Shown here piece after piece: positions 12,201 to 28,900 of a DNA stretch of 64,000 bases (position 1 is the first letter of the stretch; each line of letters opens with the position of its first letter). The position numbers and the translations under genes were made by a program. The DNA lies in contig OZ024744.1 in NCBI GenBank assembly GCA_964016885.1, forward strand, positions 103,230,001-103,294,000, written 5' to 3'. The DNA comes from Eledone cirrhosa. Lineage: Eukaryota. Below the pieces are notes generated by a model. That model worked only from the letters and a program-made list of their open reading frames with translations, was not told the origin of the DNA and made no database searches.

Positions 12201-14160
12201 GGTAGGTTAACATGTTTATGACATAGAAGAATGTAGTAGGTGTGTATATCACCAACACTAGGTAGGTTATCATGTTTAAGACATAGAAGAATGTACTAGG
12301 TGTGTATATCACCAACACTAGGTAGGTTATCATGTTTATGACATAGAAGAATGTAGTAGGTGTGTATACCACCAACACTAGGTAGGTTATCATGTTTATG
12401 ACACAGAAGAATGTAGTAGGTGTGTATATCACCAACACTAGGTAGGTTATCATGTTTATGACATAGAAGAATGTAGTAGGTGTGTAAATCACCAACACTA
12501 GGTAGGTTAACATGTTTATGATATAGAAGAATGTAGTAGGTGTGTATATCACCAACACTAGGTAGGTTATCATGTTTATCACATAGAAGAATGTAGTAGG
12601 TGTGTATATCACCAACACTAGGTAGATTATCATGTTTATGACATAGAAGAATGTAGTAGGTGTGTATATCACCAACACTAGGTAGGTTATCATGTTTATG
12701 ACATAGAAGAATGTAGTAGGTGTGTATATCACCAACACTAGGTAGGTTATCATGTTTATGACATAGAGGAATGTAGTAGGTGTGTATACCACCAACACTA
12801 GGTAGGTTATCATGTTTATGACACAGAAGAATGTAGTAGGTGTGTATATCACCAACACTAGGTAGGTTATCATGTTTATGACATAGAAGAATGTAGTAGG
12901 TGTGTAAATCACCAACACTAGGTAGGTTAACATGTTTATGATGTAGAAGAATGTAGTAGGTGTGTATATCACCAACACTAGGTAGGTTATCATGTTTATC
13001 ACATAGAAGAATGTAGTAGGTGTGTATATCACCAACACTAGGTAGGTTATCATGTTTATGACATAGAGGAATGTAGTAGGTGTGTATACCACCAACACTA
13101 GGTAGGTTATCATGTTTATGACACAGAAGAATGTAGTAGGTGTGTATATCACCAACACTAGGTAGGTTATCATGTTTATGACATAGAGGAATGTAGTAGG
13201 TGTGTATACCACCAACACTAGGTAGGTTATCATGTTTATGACACAGAAGAATGTAGTAGGTGTGTATATCACCAACACTAGGTAGGTTATCATGTTTATG
13301 ACATAGAAGAATGTAGTAGGTGTGTATATCACCAACACTAGGTAGGTTATCATGTTTATGACACAGAAGAATGTAGTAGGTGTGTATATCACCAACACTA
13401 GGTAGGTTATCATGTTTATGACACAGAAGAATATAGTAGGTGTGTATATCACCAACACTAGGTAGGTTATCATGTTTATGACACAGAAGAATGTAGTAGG
13501 TGTGTATATCACTAACACTAGGTAGGTTATCATGTTTATGACACAGAAGAATGTAGTAGGTGTGTATATCACCAACACTAGGTAGGTTATCATGTTTATG
13601 ATACAGAAGAATGTAGTAGGTGTGTATATCACCAACACTAGGTAGGTTATCATGTTTATGACACAGAACAATGTAGTAGGTGTGTAAATCACTAACACTA
13701 GGTAGGTTATCATGTTTATGACACAGAAGAATGTAGTAGGTGTGTAAATCACTAACACTAGGTAGGTTATCATGTTTATGACACAGAAGAATATAGTAGG
13801 TGTGTATATCACCAACACTAGGTAGGTTATCATGTTTATGACATAGAAGAATGTAGTAGCTGTGTATATCACCAACACTGGGTAGGTTATCATGTTTATG
13901 ACACAGAGGAACGTAGTAGGTGTGTATATCACCAACACTAGGTAGGTTATCATGTTTATGACATAGAAGAATGTAGTAGGTGTGTATACCACCAACACTA
14001 GGTAGGTTATCATGTTTATGACACAGAAGAATATAGTAGGTGTGTATATCACCAACACTAGGTAGGTTATCATGTTTATGACATAGAAGAATGTAGTAGG
14101 TGTGTATATCACCAACACTAGGTAGGTTATCATGTTTATGACACAGAGGAACGTAGTAGG

Positions 14161-17100
14161 TGTGTATATCACCAACACTAGGTAGGTTATCATGTTTATG
14201 ACACAGAAGAATGTAGTAGGTGTGTATATCACCAACACTAGGTAGATTATCATGTTTATGACACAGAAGAATGTAGTAGGTGTGTAAATCACTAACACTA
14301 GGTAGGTTATCATGTTTATGACACAGAAGAATGTAGTAGGTGTGTATATCACCAACACTAGGTAGATTATCATGTTTATGACACAGAAGAATGTAGTAGG
14401 TGTGTAAATCACTAACACTAGGTAGGTTATCATGTTTATGACACAGAAGAATGTAGTAGGTGTGTATATCACCAACACTAGGTAGGTTATCATGTTTATG
14501 TCATAGAAGAATGTAGTAGGTGTGTATATCACCAACACTAGGTAGGTTAACATGTTTATGACATAGAAGAATGTAGTAGGTGTGTATATCACCAACACTA
14601 GGTAGGTTATCATGTTTAAGACATAGAAGAATGTACTAGGTGTGTATATCACCAACACTAGGTAGGTTATCATGTTTATGACATAGAAGAATGTAGTAGG
14701 TGTGTATACCACCAACACTAGGTAGGTTATCATGTTTATGACACAGAAGAATGTAGTAGGTGTGTATATCACCAACACTAGGTAGGTTATCATGTTTATG
14801 ACATAGAAGAATGTAGTAGGTGTGTAAATCACCAACACTAGGTAGGTTAACATGTTTATGATATAGAAGAATGTAGTAGGTGTGTATATCACCAACACTA
14901 GGTAGGTTATCATGTTTATCACATAGAAGAATGTAGTAGGTGTGTATATCACCAACACTAGGTAGATTATCATGTTTATGACATAGAAGAATGTAGTAGG
15001 TGTGTATATCACCAACACTAGGTAGGTTATCATGTTTATGACATAGAAGAATGTAGTAGGTGTGTATATCACCAACACTAGGTAGGTTATCATGTTTATG
15101 ACATAGAGGAATGTAGTAGGTGTGTATACCACCAACACTAGGTAGGTTATCATGTTTATGACACAGAAGAATGTAGTAGGTGTGTATATCACCAACACTA
15201 GGTAGGTTATCATGTTTATGACATAGAAGAATGTAGTAGGTGTGTATATCACCAACACTAGGTAGGTTATCATGTTTATGACACAGAAGAATGTAGTAGG
15301 TGTGTATATCACCAACACTAGGTAGGTTATCATGTTTATAACATAGAAGAATGTAGAAGGTGTGTATATCACCAACACTAGGTAGGTTATCATGTTTATG
15401 ACACAGAAGAATATAGTGGGTGTGTATATCACCAACACTAGGTAGGTTATCATGTTTATGACACAGAAGAATGTAGTAGGTGTGTATATCACTAACACTA
15501 GGTAGGTTATCATGTTTATGACACAGAAGAATGTAGTAGGTGTGTATATCACCAACACTAGGTAGGTTATCATGTTTATGATACAGAAGAATGTAGTAGG
15601 TGTGTATATCACCAACACTAGGTAGGTTATCATGTTTATGACACAGAACAATGTAGTAGGTGTGTAAATCACTAACACTAGGTAGGTTATCATGTTTATG
15701 ACACAGAAGAATGTAGTAGGTGTGTAAATCACTAACACTAGGTAGGTTATCATGTTTATGACACAGAAGAATATAGTAGGTGTGTATATCACCAACACTA
15801 GGTAGGTTATCATGTTTATGACATAGAAGAATGTAGTAGCTGTGTATATCACCAACACTGGGTAGGTTATCATGTTTATGACACAGAGGAACGTAGTAGG
15901 TGTGTATATCACCAACACTAGGTAGGTTATCATGTTTATGACATAGAAGAATGTAGTAGGTGTGTATACCACCAACACTAGGTAGGTTATCATGTTTATG
16001 ACACAGAAGAATATAGTAGGTGTGTATATCACCAACACTAGGTAGGTTATCATGTTTATGACATAGAAGAATGTAGTAGGTGTGTATATCACCAACACTA
16101 GGTAGGTTATCATGTTTATGACACAGAGGAACGTAGTAGGTGTGTATATCACCAACACTAGGTAGGTTATCATGTTTATGACACAGAAGAATGTAGTAGG
16201 TGTGTATATCACCAACACTAGGTAGATTATCATGTTTATGACACAGAAGAATGTAGTAGGTGTGTAAATCACTAACACTAGGTAGGTTATCATGTTTATG
16301 ACACAGAAGAATGTAGTAGGTGTGTATATCACCAACACTAGGTAGGTTATCATGTTTATGTCATAGAAGAATGTAGTAGGTGTGTATATCACCAACACTA
16401 GGTAGGTTAACATGTTTATGACATAGAAGAATGTAGTAGGTGTGTATATCACCAACACTAGGTAGGTTATCATGTTTATGACATAGAAGAATGTAGTAGG
16501 TGTGTATGTCACCAACACTAGGTAGATTATCATGTTTATGACACAGAAGAATGTAGTAGGTGTGTATATCACCAACACAAGGTAGGTTATCATGTTTATG
16601 ACACAGAAGAATGTAGTAGGTGTGTATATCACCAACACTAGGTAGGTTATCATGTTTATGACACAGAAGAATGTAGTAGGTGTGTATATCACCAACACTA
16701 GGTAGGTTATCATGTTTATGACATAGAAGAATGTAGTAGGTGTGTATGTCACCAACACTAGGTAGATTATCATGTTTATGACACAGAAGAATGTAGTAGG
16801 TGTGTATATCACCAACACAAGGTAGGTTATCATGTTTATGACACAGAAGAATGTAGTAGGTGTGTATATCACCAACACTAGGTAGGTTATCATGTTTATG
16901 ACATAGAAGAATGTAGTAGGTGTGTATATCACCAACACTAGGTAGGTTATCATGTTTATTATACGGAAGAATGTAGTAGGTGTGTATATCACCAACACTA
17001 GGTAGGTTATCATGTTTATGACATAGAAGAATGTAGTAGGTGTGTATATCACCAACACTAGGTAGGTTATCATGTTTATGACACAGAAGAATGTAGTAGG

Positions 17101-19979
17101 TGTGTATATCACCAACACTAGGTAGATTATCATGTTTATGACACAGAAGAATGTAGTAGGTGTGTAAATCACTAACACTAGGTAGGTTATCATGTTTATG
17201 ACACAGAAGAATGTAGTAGGTGTGTATATCACCAACACTAGGTAGATTATCATGTTTATGACACAGAAGAATGTAGTAGGTGTGTAAATCACTAACACTA
17301 GGTAGGTTATCATGTTTATGACACAGAAGAATGTAGTAGGTGTGTATATCACCAACACTAGGTAGGTTATCATGTTTATGTCATAGAAGAATGTAGTAGG
17401 TGTGTATATCACCAACACTAGGTAGGTTAACATGTTTATGACATAGAAGAATGTAGTAGGTGTGTATATCACCAACACTAGGTAGGTTATCATGTTTAAG
17501 ACATAGAAGAATGTACTAGGTGTGTATATCACCAACACTAGGTAGGTTATCATGTTTATGACATAGAAGAATGTAGTAGGTGTGTATACCACCAACACTA
17601 GGTAGGTTATCATGTTTATGACACAGAAGAATGTAGTAGGTGTGTATATCACCAACACTAGGTAGGTTATCATGTTTATGACATAGAAGAATGTAGTAGG
17701 TGTGTAAATCACCAACACTAGGTAGGTTAACATGTTTATGATATAGAAGAATGTAGTAGGTGTGTATATCACCAACACTAGGTAGGTTATCATGTTTATC
17801 ACATAGAAGAATGTAGTAGGTGTGTATATCACCAACACTAGGTAGATTATCATGTTTATGACATAGAAGAATGTAGTAGGTGTGTATATCACCAACACTA
17901 GGTAGGTTATCATGTTTATGACATAGAAGAATGTAGTAGGTGTGTATATCACCAACACTAGGTAGGTTATCATGTTTATGACATAGAGGAATGTAGTAGG
18001 TGTGTATACCACCAACACTAGGTAGGTTATCATGTTTATGACACAGAAGAATGTAGTAGGTGTGTATATCACCAACACTAGGTAGGTTATCATGTTTATG
18101 ACATAGAAGAATGTAGTAGGTGTGTATATCACCAACACTAGGTAGGTTATCATGTTTATGACACAGAAGAATGTAGTAGGTGTGTATATCACCAACACTA
18201 GGTAGGTTATCATGTTTATAACATAGAAGAATGTAGAAGGTGTGTATATCACCAACACTAGGTAGGTTATCATGTTTATGACACAGAAGAATATAGTGGG
18301 TGTGTATATCACCAACACTAGGTAGGTTATCATGTTTATGACACAGAAGAATGTAGTAGGTGTGTATATCACTAACACTAGGTAGGTTATCATGTTTATG
18401 ACACAGAAGAATGTAGTAGGTGTGTATATCACCAACACTAGGTAGGTTATCATGTTTATGATACAGAAGAATGTAGTAGGTGTGTATATCACCAACACTA
18501 GGTAGGTTATCATGTTTATGACACAGAACAATGTAGTAGGTGTGTAAATCACTAACACTAGGTAGGTTATCATGTTTATGACACAGAAGAATGTAGTAGG
18601 TGTGTAAATCACTAACACTAGGTAGGTTATCATGTTTATGACACAGAAGAATATAGTAGGTGTGTATATCACCAACACTAGGTAGGTTATCATGTTTATG
18701 ACATAGAAGAATGTAGTAGCTGTGTATATCACCAACACTGGGTAGGTTATCATGTTTATGACACAGAGGAACGTAGTAGGTGTGTATATCACCAACACTA
18801 GGTAGGTTATCATGTTTATGACATAGAAGAATGTAGTAGGTGTGTATACCACCAACACTAGGTAGGTTATCATGTTTATGACACAGAAGAATATAGTAGG
18901 TGTGTATATCACCAACACTAGGTAGGTTATCATGTTTATGACATAGAAGAATGTAGTAGGTGTGTATATCACCAACACTAGGTAGGTTATCATGTTTATG
19001 ACACAGAGGAACGTAGTAGGTGTGTATATCACCAACACTAGGTAGGTTATCATGTTTATGACACAGAAGAATGTAGTAGGTGTGTATATCACCAACACTA
19101 GGTAGATTATCATGTTTATGACACAGAAGAATGTAGTAGGTGTGTAAATCACTAACACTAGGTAGGTTATCATGTTTATGACACAGAAGAATGTAGTAGG
19201 TGTGTATATCACCAACACTAGGTAGGTTATCATGTTTATGTCATAGAAGAATGTAGTAGGTGTGTATATCACCAACACTAGGTAGGTTAACATGTTTATG
19301 ACATAGAAGAATGTAGTAGGTGTGTATATCACCAACACTAGGTAGGTTATCATGTTTATGACATAGAAGAATGTAGTAGGTGTGTATGTCACCAACACTA
19401 GGTAGATTATCATGTTTATGACACAGAAGAATGTAGTAGGTGTGTATATCACCAACACAAGGTAGGTTATCATGTTTATGACACAGAAGAATGTAGTAGG
19501 TGTGTATATCACCAACACTAGGTAGGTTATCATGTTTATGACACAGAAGAATGTAGTAGGTGTGTATATCACCAACACTAGGTAGGTTATCATGTTTATG
19601 ACATAGAAGAATGTAGTAGGTGTGTATGTCACCAACACTAGGTAGATTATCATGTTTATGACACAGAAGAATGTAGTAGGTGTGTATATCACCAACACAA
19701 GGTAGGTTATCATGTTTATGACACAGAAGAATGTAGTAGGTGTGTATATCACCAACACTAGGTAGGTTATCATGTTTATGACATAGAAGAATGTAGTAGG
19801 TGTGTATATCACCAACACTAGGTAGGTTATCATGTTTATTATACGGAAGAATGTAGTAGGTGTGTATATCACCAACACTAGGTAGGTTATCATGTTTATG
19901 ACATAGAAGAATGTAGTAGGTGTGTATATCACCAACACTAGGTAGGTTATCATGTTTATGACACAGAAGAATGTAGTAG
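14161..19979. repeat. Higher-order tandem duplication, 48 monomers (2,880 bp) x2
   Basis: Rare variants recur at +2,880 in lines 14461/17341 (tcatag), 14581/17461 (ttaag+tactagg), 15301/18181 (gtagaagg), 15361/18241 (tagtggg), 15601/18481 (gaaca), 16501/19381 (tatgtc) and 16921/19801 (atacgg). Confidence 0.9.
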
Positions 19980-22900
19980 TTGTGTATATCACCAACACTA
20001 GGTAGGTTATCATGTTTATGACATAGAAGAATGTAGTAGGTGTGTATATCACCAACACTAGGTAGGTTATCATGTTTATGACATAGAAGAATGTAGTAGA
20101 TGTGTATATCACCAACACAAGGTAGGTTATCATGTTTATGACATAGAAGAATGTAGTAGGTGTGTATATCACCAACACAAGGTAGGTTATCATGTTTATT
20201 ACACAGAAGAATGTAGTAGGTGTGTATATCACCAACACTAGGTAGGTTATCATGTTTATGACATAGAAGAATGTAGTAGGTGTGTATATCACCAACACTA
20301 GGTAGGTTATCATGTTTATGACATAGAAGAATGTAGTAGGTGTGTATATCACCAACACTAGGTAGGTTATCATGTTTATGACATAGAAGAATGTAGTAGG
20401 TGTGTATATCACCAACACTTGGTAGGTTATCATGTTTATGACATAGAAGAATGTAGTAGATGTGTATATCACCAACACTAGGTAGGTTATCATGTTTATG
20501 ACATAGAAGAATGGAGTAGGTGTGTATATCAACAACACAAGGTAGGTTATCATGTTTATGACACAGAAGAACGTAGTAGGTGTGTATATCACCAACACTA
20601 GGTAGGTTATCATGTTTATGATATAGAAGAATGTAGTAGGTGTGTATATCACCAACACTAGGTAGGTTATCATGTTCATGACATAGAAGAATGTAGTAGG
20701 TGTGTATATCACCAACACTAGGTAGGTTATCATGTTTATGACACAGAAGAATGTAGTAGGTGTGTAAATCACCAACACTAGGTAGGTTATCATGTTTATG
20801 ACATAGAAGAATGTAGTAGGTGTGTATATCACCAACACTAGGTAGATTATCATGTTTATGACATAGAAGAATGTAGTAGGTGTGTATATCACCAACACTA
20901 GGTAGGTTATCATGTTTATGACATAGAAGAATGTAGTAGGTGTGTATATCACCAACACTAGGTAGGTTAGCATGTTTATGACATAGAAGAATGTAGTAGG
21001 TGTGTACATCACCAACACTAGGTAGGTTATCATGTTTATGACACAGAAGAATGTAGTAGGTGTGTATATCACCAACACTAGGTAGGTTATCATGTTTATG
21101 ACATAGAAGAATGTAGTAGGTGTGTATATCACCAACACTAGGTAGGTTATCATGTTTATGACATAGAAGAATGTAGTAGGTGTGTATATCACCAACACTT
21201 GGTAGGTTATCATGTTTATGACATAGAAGAATGTAGTAGATGTGTATATCACCAACACTAGGTAGGTTATCATGTTTATGACATAGAAGAATGGAGTAGG
21301 TGTGTATATCAACAACACAAGGTAGGTTATCATGTTTATGACACAGAAGAACGTAGTAGGTGTGTATATCACCAACACTAGGTAGGTTATCATGTTTATG
21401 ATATAGAAGAATGTAGTAGGTGTGTATATCACCAACACTAGGTAGGTTATCATGTTCATGACATAGAAGAATGTAGTAGGTGTGTATATCACCAACACTA
21501 GGTAGGTTATCATGTTTATGACATAGAAGAATGTAGTAGGTGTGTATATCACCAACACTAGGTAGGTTATCATGTTTATGACATAGAAGAATGTAGTAGG
21601 TGTGTATATCACCAACACTAGGTAGGTTATCATGTTTATGACATAGAAGAATGTAGTAGGTGTGTACATCACCAACACTAGGTAGGTTATCATGTTTATG
21701 ACACAGAAGAATGTAGTAGGTGTGTATATCACCAACACTAGGTAGATTATCATGTTTATGACACAGAAGAATGTAGTAGGTGTGTATATCACCAACACAA
21801 GGTAGGTTATCATGTTTATGACACAGAAGAATGTAGTAGGTGTGTATATCACCAACACTAGGTAGGTTATCATGTTTATGACATAGAAGAATGTAGTAGG
21901 TGTGTATATCACCAACACTAGGTAGGTTATCATGTTTATTATACGGAAGAATGTAGTAGGTGTGTATATCACCAACACTAGGTAGGTTATCATGTTTATG
22001 ACATAGAAGAATGTAGTAGGTGTGTATATCACCAACACTAGGTAGGTTATCATGTTTATGACACAGAAGAATGTAGTAGGTGTGTATATCACCAACACTA
22101 GGTAGATTATCATGTTTATGACACAGAAGAATGTAGTAGGTGTGTAAATCACTAACACTAGGTAGGTTATCATGTTTATGACACAGAAGAATGTAGTAGG
22201 TGTGTATATCACCAACACTAGGTAGATTATCATGTTTATGACACAGAAGAATGTAGTAGGTGTGTAAATCACTAACACTAGGTAGGTTATCATGTTTATG
22301 ACACAGAAGAATGTAGTAGGTGTGTATATCACCAACACTAGGTAGGTTATCATGTTTATGTCATAGAAGAATGTAGTAGGTGTGTATATCACCAACACTA
22401 GGTAGGTTAACATGTTTATGACATAGAAGAATGTAGTAGGTGTGTATATCACCAACACTAGGTAGGTTATCATGTTTAAGACATAGAAGAATGTACTAGG
22501 TGTGTATATCACCAACACTAGGTAGGTTATCATGTTTATGACATAGAAGAATGTAGTAGGTGTGTATACCACCAACACTAGGTAGGTTATCATGTTTATG
22601 ACACAGAAGAATGTAGTAGGTGTGTATATCACCAACACTAGGTAGGTTATCATGTTTATGACATAGAAGAATGTAGTAGGTGTGTAAATCACCAACACTA
22701 GGTAGGTTAACATGTTTATGATATAGAAGAATGTAGTAGGTGTGTATATCACCAACACTAGGTAGGTTATCATGTTTATCACATAGAAGAATGTAGTAGG
22801 TGTGTATATCACCAACACTAGGTAGATTATCATGTTTATGACATAGAAGAATGTAGTAGGTGTGTATATCACCAACACTAGGTAGGTTATCATGTTTATG

Positions 22901-25900
22901 ACATAGAAGAATGTAGTAGGTGTGTATATCACCAACACTAGGTAGGTTATCATGTTTATGACATAGAAGAATGTAGTAGGTGTGTATATCACCAACACTA
23001 GGTAGGTTATCATGTTTATCACATAGAAGAATGTAGTAGGTGTGTATATCACCAACACTAGGTAGATTATCATGTTTATGACATAGAAGAATGTAGTAGG
23101 TGTGTATATCACCAACACTAGGTAGGTTATCATGTTTATGACATAGAAGAATGTAGTAGGTGTGTATATCACCAACACTAGGTAGGTTATCATGTTTATG
23201 ACATAGAGGAATGTAGTAGGTGTGTATACCACCAACACTAGGTAGGTTATCATGTTTATGACACAGAAGAATGTAGTAGGTGTGTATATCACCAACACTA
23301 GGTAGGTTATCATGTTTATGACATAGAAGAATGTAGTAGGTGTGTATATCACCAACACTAGGTAGGTTATCATGTTTATGACACAGAAGAATGTAGTAGG
23401 TGTGTATATCACCAACACTAGGTAGGTTATCATGTTTATAACATAGAAGAATGTAGAAGGTGTGTATATCACCAACACTAGGTAGGTTATCATGTTTATG
23501 ACACAGAAGAATATAGTGGGTGTGTATATCACCAACACTAGGTAGGTTATCATGTTTATGACACAGAAGAATGTAGTAGGTGTGTATATCACTAACACTA
23601 GGTAGGTTATCATGTTTATGACACAGAAGAATGTAGTAGGTGTGTATATCACCAACACTAGGTAGGTTATCATGTTTATGACACAGAAGAATGTAGTAGG
23701 TGTGTATATCACCAACACTAGGTAGGTTATCATGTTTATGATACAGAAGAATGTAGTAGGTGTGTATATCACCAACACTAGGTAGGTTATCATGTTTATG
23801 ACATAGAAGAATGTAGTAGATGTGTATATCACCAACACTAGGTAGGTTATCATGTTTATGACACAGAACAATGTAGTAGGTGTGTAAATCACTAACACTA
23901 GGTAGGTTATCATGTTTATGACACAGAAGAATGTAGTAGGTGTGTAAATCACTAACACTAGGTAGGTTATCATGTTTATGACACAGAAGAATATAGTAGG
24001 TGTGTATATCACCAACACTAGGTAGGTTATCATGTTTATGACATAGAAGAATGTAGTAGCTGTGTATATCACCAACACTGGGTAGGTTATCATGTTTATG
24101 ACACAGAGGAACGTAGTAGGTGTGTATATCACCAACACTAGGTAGGTTATCATGTTTATGACATAGAAGAATGTAGTAGGTGTGTATACCACCAACACTA
24201 GGTAGGTTATCATGTTTATGACACAGAAGAATATAGTAGGTGTGTATATCACCAACACTAGGTAGGTTATCATGTTTATGACATAGAAGAATGTAGTAGG
24301 TGTGTATATCACCAACACTAGGTAGGTTATCATGTTTATGACACAGAGGAACGTAGTAGGTGTGTATATCACCAACACTAGGTAGGTTATCATGTTTATG
24401 ACACAGAAGAATGTAGTAGGTGTGTATATCACCAACACTAGGTAGATTATCATGTTTATGACACAGAAGAATGTAGTAGGTGTGTAAATCACTAACACTA
24501 GGTAGGTTATCATGTTTATGACACAGAAGAATGTAGTAGGTGTGTATATCACCAACACTAGGTAGGTTATCATGTTTATGTCATAGAAGAATGTAGTAGG
24601 TGTGTATATCACCAACACTAGGTAGGTTAACATGTTTATGACATAGAAGAATGTAGTAGGTGTGTATATCACCAACACTAGGTAGGTTATCATGTTTATG
24701 ACATAGAAGAATGTAGTAGGTGTGTATGTCACCAACACTAGGTAGATTATCATGTTTATGACACAGAAGAATGTAGTAGGTGTGTATATCACCAACACAA
24801 GGTAGGTTATCATGTTTATGACACAGAAGAATGTAGTAGGTGTGTATATCACCAACACTAGGTAGGTTATCATGTTTATGACACAGAAGAATGTAGTAGG
24901 TGTGTATATCACCAACACTAGGTAGGTTATCATGTTTATGACATAGAAGAATGTAGTAGGTGTGTATGTCACCAACACTAGGTAGATTATCATGTTTATG
25001 ACACAGAAGAATGTAGTAGGTGTGTATATCACCAACACAAGGTAGGTTATCATGTTTATGACACAGAAGAATGTAGTAGGTGTGTATATCACCAACACTA
25101 GGTAGGTTATCATGTTTATGACATAGAAGAATGTAGTAGGTGTGTATATCACCAACACTAGGTAGGTTATCATGTTTATTATACGGAAGAATGTAGTAGG
25201 TGTGTATATCACCAACACTAGGTAGGTTATCATGTTTATGACATAGAAGAATGTAGTAGGTGTGTATATCACCAACACTAGGTAGGTTATCATGTTTATG
25301 ACACAGAAGAATGTAGTAGTTGTGTATATCACCAACACTAGGTAGGTTATCATGTTTATGACATAGAAGAATGTAGTAGGTGTGTATATCACCAACACTA
25401 GGTAGGTTATCATGTTTATGACATAGAAGAATGTAGTAGATGTGTATATCACCAACACAAGGTAGGTTATCATGTTTATGACATAGAAGAATGTAGTAGG
25501 TGTGTATATCACCAACACAAGGTAGGTTATCATGTTTATTACACAGAAGAATGTAGTAGGTGTGTATATCACCAACACTAGGTAGGTTATCATGTTTATG
25601 ACATAGAAGAATGTAGTAGGTGTGTATATCACCAACACTAGGTAGGTTATCATGTTTATGACATAGAAGAATGTAGTAGGTGTGTATATCACCAACACTA
25701 GGTAGGTTATCATGTTTATGACATAGAAGAATGTAGTAGGTGTGTATATCACCAACACTTGGTAGGTTATCATGTTTATGACATAGAAGAATGTAGTAGA
25801 TGTGTATATCACCAACACTAGGTAGGTTATCATGTTTATGACATAGAAGAATGGAGTAGGTGTGTATATCAACATCACAAGGTAGGTTATCATGTTTATG

Positions 25901-28900
25901 ACACAGAAGAACGTAGTAGGTGTGTATATCACCAACACTAGGTAGGTTATCATGTTTATGATATAGAAGAATGTAGTAGGTGTGTATATCACCAACACTA
26001 GGTAGGTTATCATGTTCATGACATAGAAGAATGTAGTAGGTGTGTATATCACCAACACTAGGTAGGTTATCATGTTTATGACACAGAAGAATGTAGTAGG
26101 TGTGTAAATCACCAACACTAGGTAGGTTATCATGTTTATGACATAGAAGAATGTAGTAGGTGTGTATATCACCAACACTAGGTAGATTATCATGTTTATG
26201 ACATAGAAGAATGTAGTAGGTGTGTATATCACCAACACTAGGTAGGTTATCATGTTTATGACACAGAAGAATGTAGTAGGTGTGTATATCACCAACACTA
26301 GGTAGGTTATCATGTTTATGACATAGAAGAATGTAGTAGGTGTGTATATCACCAACACTAGGTAGGTTATCATGTTTATGACATAGAAGAATGTAGTAGG
26401 TGTGTATATCACCAACACTTGGTAGGTTATCATGTTTATGACATAGAAGAATGTAGTAGATGTGTATATCACCAACACTAGGTAGGTTATCATGTTTATG
26501 ACATAGAAGAATGGAGTAGGTGTGTATATCAACAACACAAGGTAGGTTATCATGTTTATGACACAGAAGAACGTAGTAGGTGTGTATATCACCAACACTA
26601 GGTAGGTTATCATGTTTATGATATAGAAGAATGTAGTAGGTGTGTATATCACCAACACTAGGTAGGTTATCATGTTCATGACATAGAAGAATGTAGTAGG
26701 TGTGTATATCACCAACACTAGGTAGGTTGTCATGTTTATGACACAGAAGAATGTAGTTGGTGTGTAAATCACCAACACTAGGTAGGTTATCATGTTTATG
26801 ACATAGAAGAATGTAGTAGGTGTGTATATCACCAACACTAGGTAGATTATCATGTTTATGACATAGAAGAATGTAGTAGGTGTGTATATCACCAACACTA
26901 GGTAGGTTATCATGTTTATGACATAGAAGAATGTAGTAGGTGTGTATATCACCAACACTAGGTAGGTTATCATGTTTATGACATAGAAGAATGTAGTAGG
27001 TGTGTACATCACCAACACTAGGTAGGTTATCATGTTTATGACACAGAAGAATGTAGTAGGTGTGTATATCACCAACACTAGGTAGATTATCATGTTTATG
27101 ACATAGAAGAATGTAGTAGGTGTGTATATCACCAACACTAGGTAGGTTATCATGTTTATGACATAGAAGAATGTAGTAGGTGTGTATACCACCAACACTA
27201 GGTAGATTATCATGTTTATGACACAGAAGAATATAGTAGGTGTGTATATCACTAACACTAGGTAGGGTATCATGTTTATGACACAGAAGAATGTAGTAGG
27301 TGTGTATATCACCAACACTAGGTAGGTTATCATGTTTATGACACAGAAGAATGTAGTAGGTGTGTATATCACCAACACTAGGTAGGTTATCATGTTTATG
27401 ACATAGAAGAATGTAGTAGGTGTGTAAATCACCAACACTAGGTAGGTTATCATGTTTATGACACAGAAGAATGTAGTAGGTGTGTATATCACCAACACTA
27501 GGTAGGTTATCATGTTTATAACATAGAAGAATGTAGTAGGTGTGTATATCACCAACAATAGGTAGGTTATCATGTTTATGACATAGAAGAATGTAGTAGG
27601 TGTGTATACCACCAACACTAGGTAGGTTATCATGTTTATGACATAGAAGAATGTAGTAGGTGTGTATATCACCAACACTAGGTAGGTTATCATGTTTATG
27701 ACACAGAGGAACGTAGTAGGTGTGTATATCACCAACACTAGGTAGGTTATCATGTTTATGACACAGAAGAATGTAGTAGGTGTGTATATCACCAACACTA
27801 GGTAGGTTAACATGTTTATGACATAGAAGAATGTAGTAGGTGTGTATATCACCAACACTAGATAGGTTATCATGTCTATGACACAGAAGAATGTAGTAGG
27901 TGTGTATATCACCAACACTAGGTAGGTTATCATGTTTATGACATAGAAGAATGTAGTAGGTGTGTATATCACCAACACTAGGTAGGTTATCATGTTTATG
28001 ACATAGAAGAATGTAGTAGGTGTGTATATCACCAACACTAGGTAGGTTAACATGTTTATGACATAGAAGAATGTAGTAGGTGTGTATATCACCAACACTA
28101 GGTAGGTTATCATGTTTATGACATAGAAGAATGTAGTAGGTGTGTATATATCCAACACTAGGTAGGTTAACATGTTTATGACATAGAAGAATGTAGTAGG
28201 TGTGTAAATCACCAACACTAGGTAGGTTATCATGTTTAAGACATAGAAGAATGTAGTAGGTGTGTATATCACCAACACTAGGTAGGTTATCATGTTTATG
28301 ACATAGAAGAATGTAGTAGGTGTGTATACCACCAACACTAGGTAGGTTATCATGTTTATGACACAGAAGAATGTAGTAGGTGTGTATATCACCAACACTA
28401 GGTAGGTTATCATGTTTATGACATAGAAGAATGTAGTAGGTGTGTAAATCACAAACACTAGGTAGGTTATCATGTTTATGACACAGAAGAATATAGTAGG
28501 TATCTATATCACCAACACTAGGCAGGTTATCATGTTTATGACATAGAAGAACGTAGTAGGTGTGTATATCACCAACACTAGGTAGGTTATCATGTTTATG
28601 ACACAGAGGAACGTAGTAGGTGTGTATATCACCAACACTAGGTAGGTTATCATGTTTATGACACAGAAGAATGTAGTAGTTGTGTATATCACCAACACTA
28701 GGTAGGTTATCATGTTTATGACACAGAAGATTGTAGTAGGTGTGTATATCACCAACACTAGGTAGGTTATCATGTTTATGACACAGAAGAATGTAGTAGG
28801 TGTGTATATCACCAACACTAGGTAGGTTATCATGTTTATGACATAGAAGAATGTAGTAGGTGTGTATATCACCAACACTAGGTAGGTTATCATGTTTATG

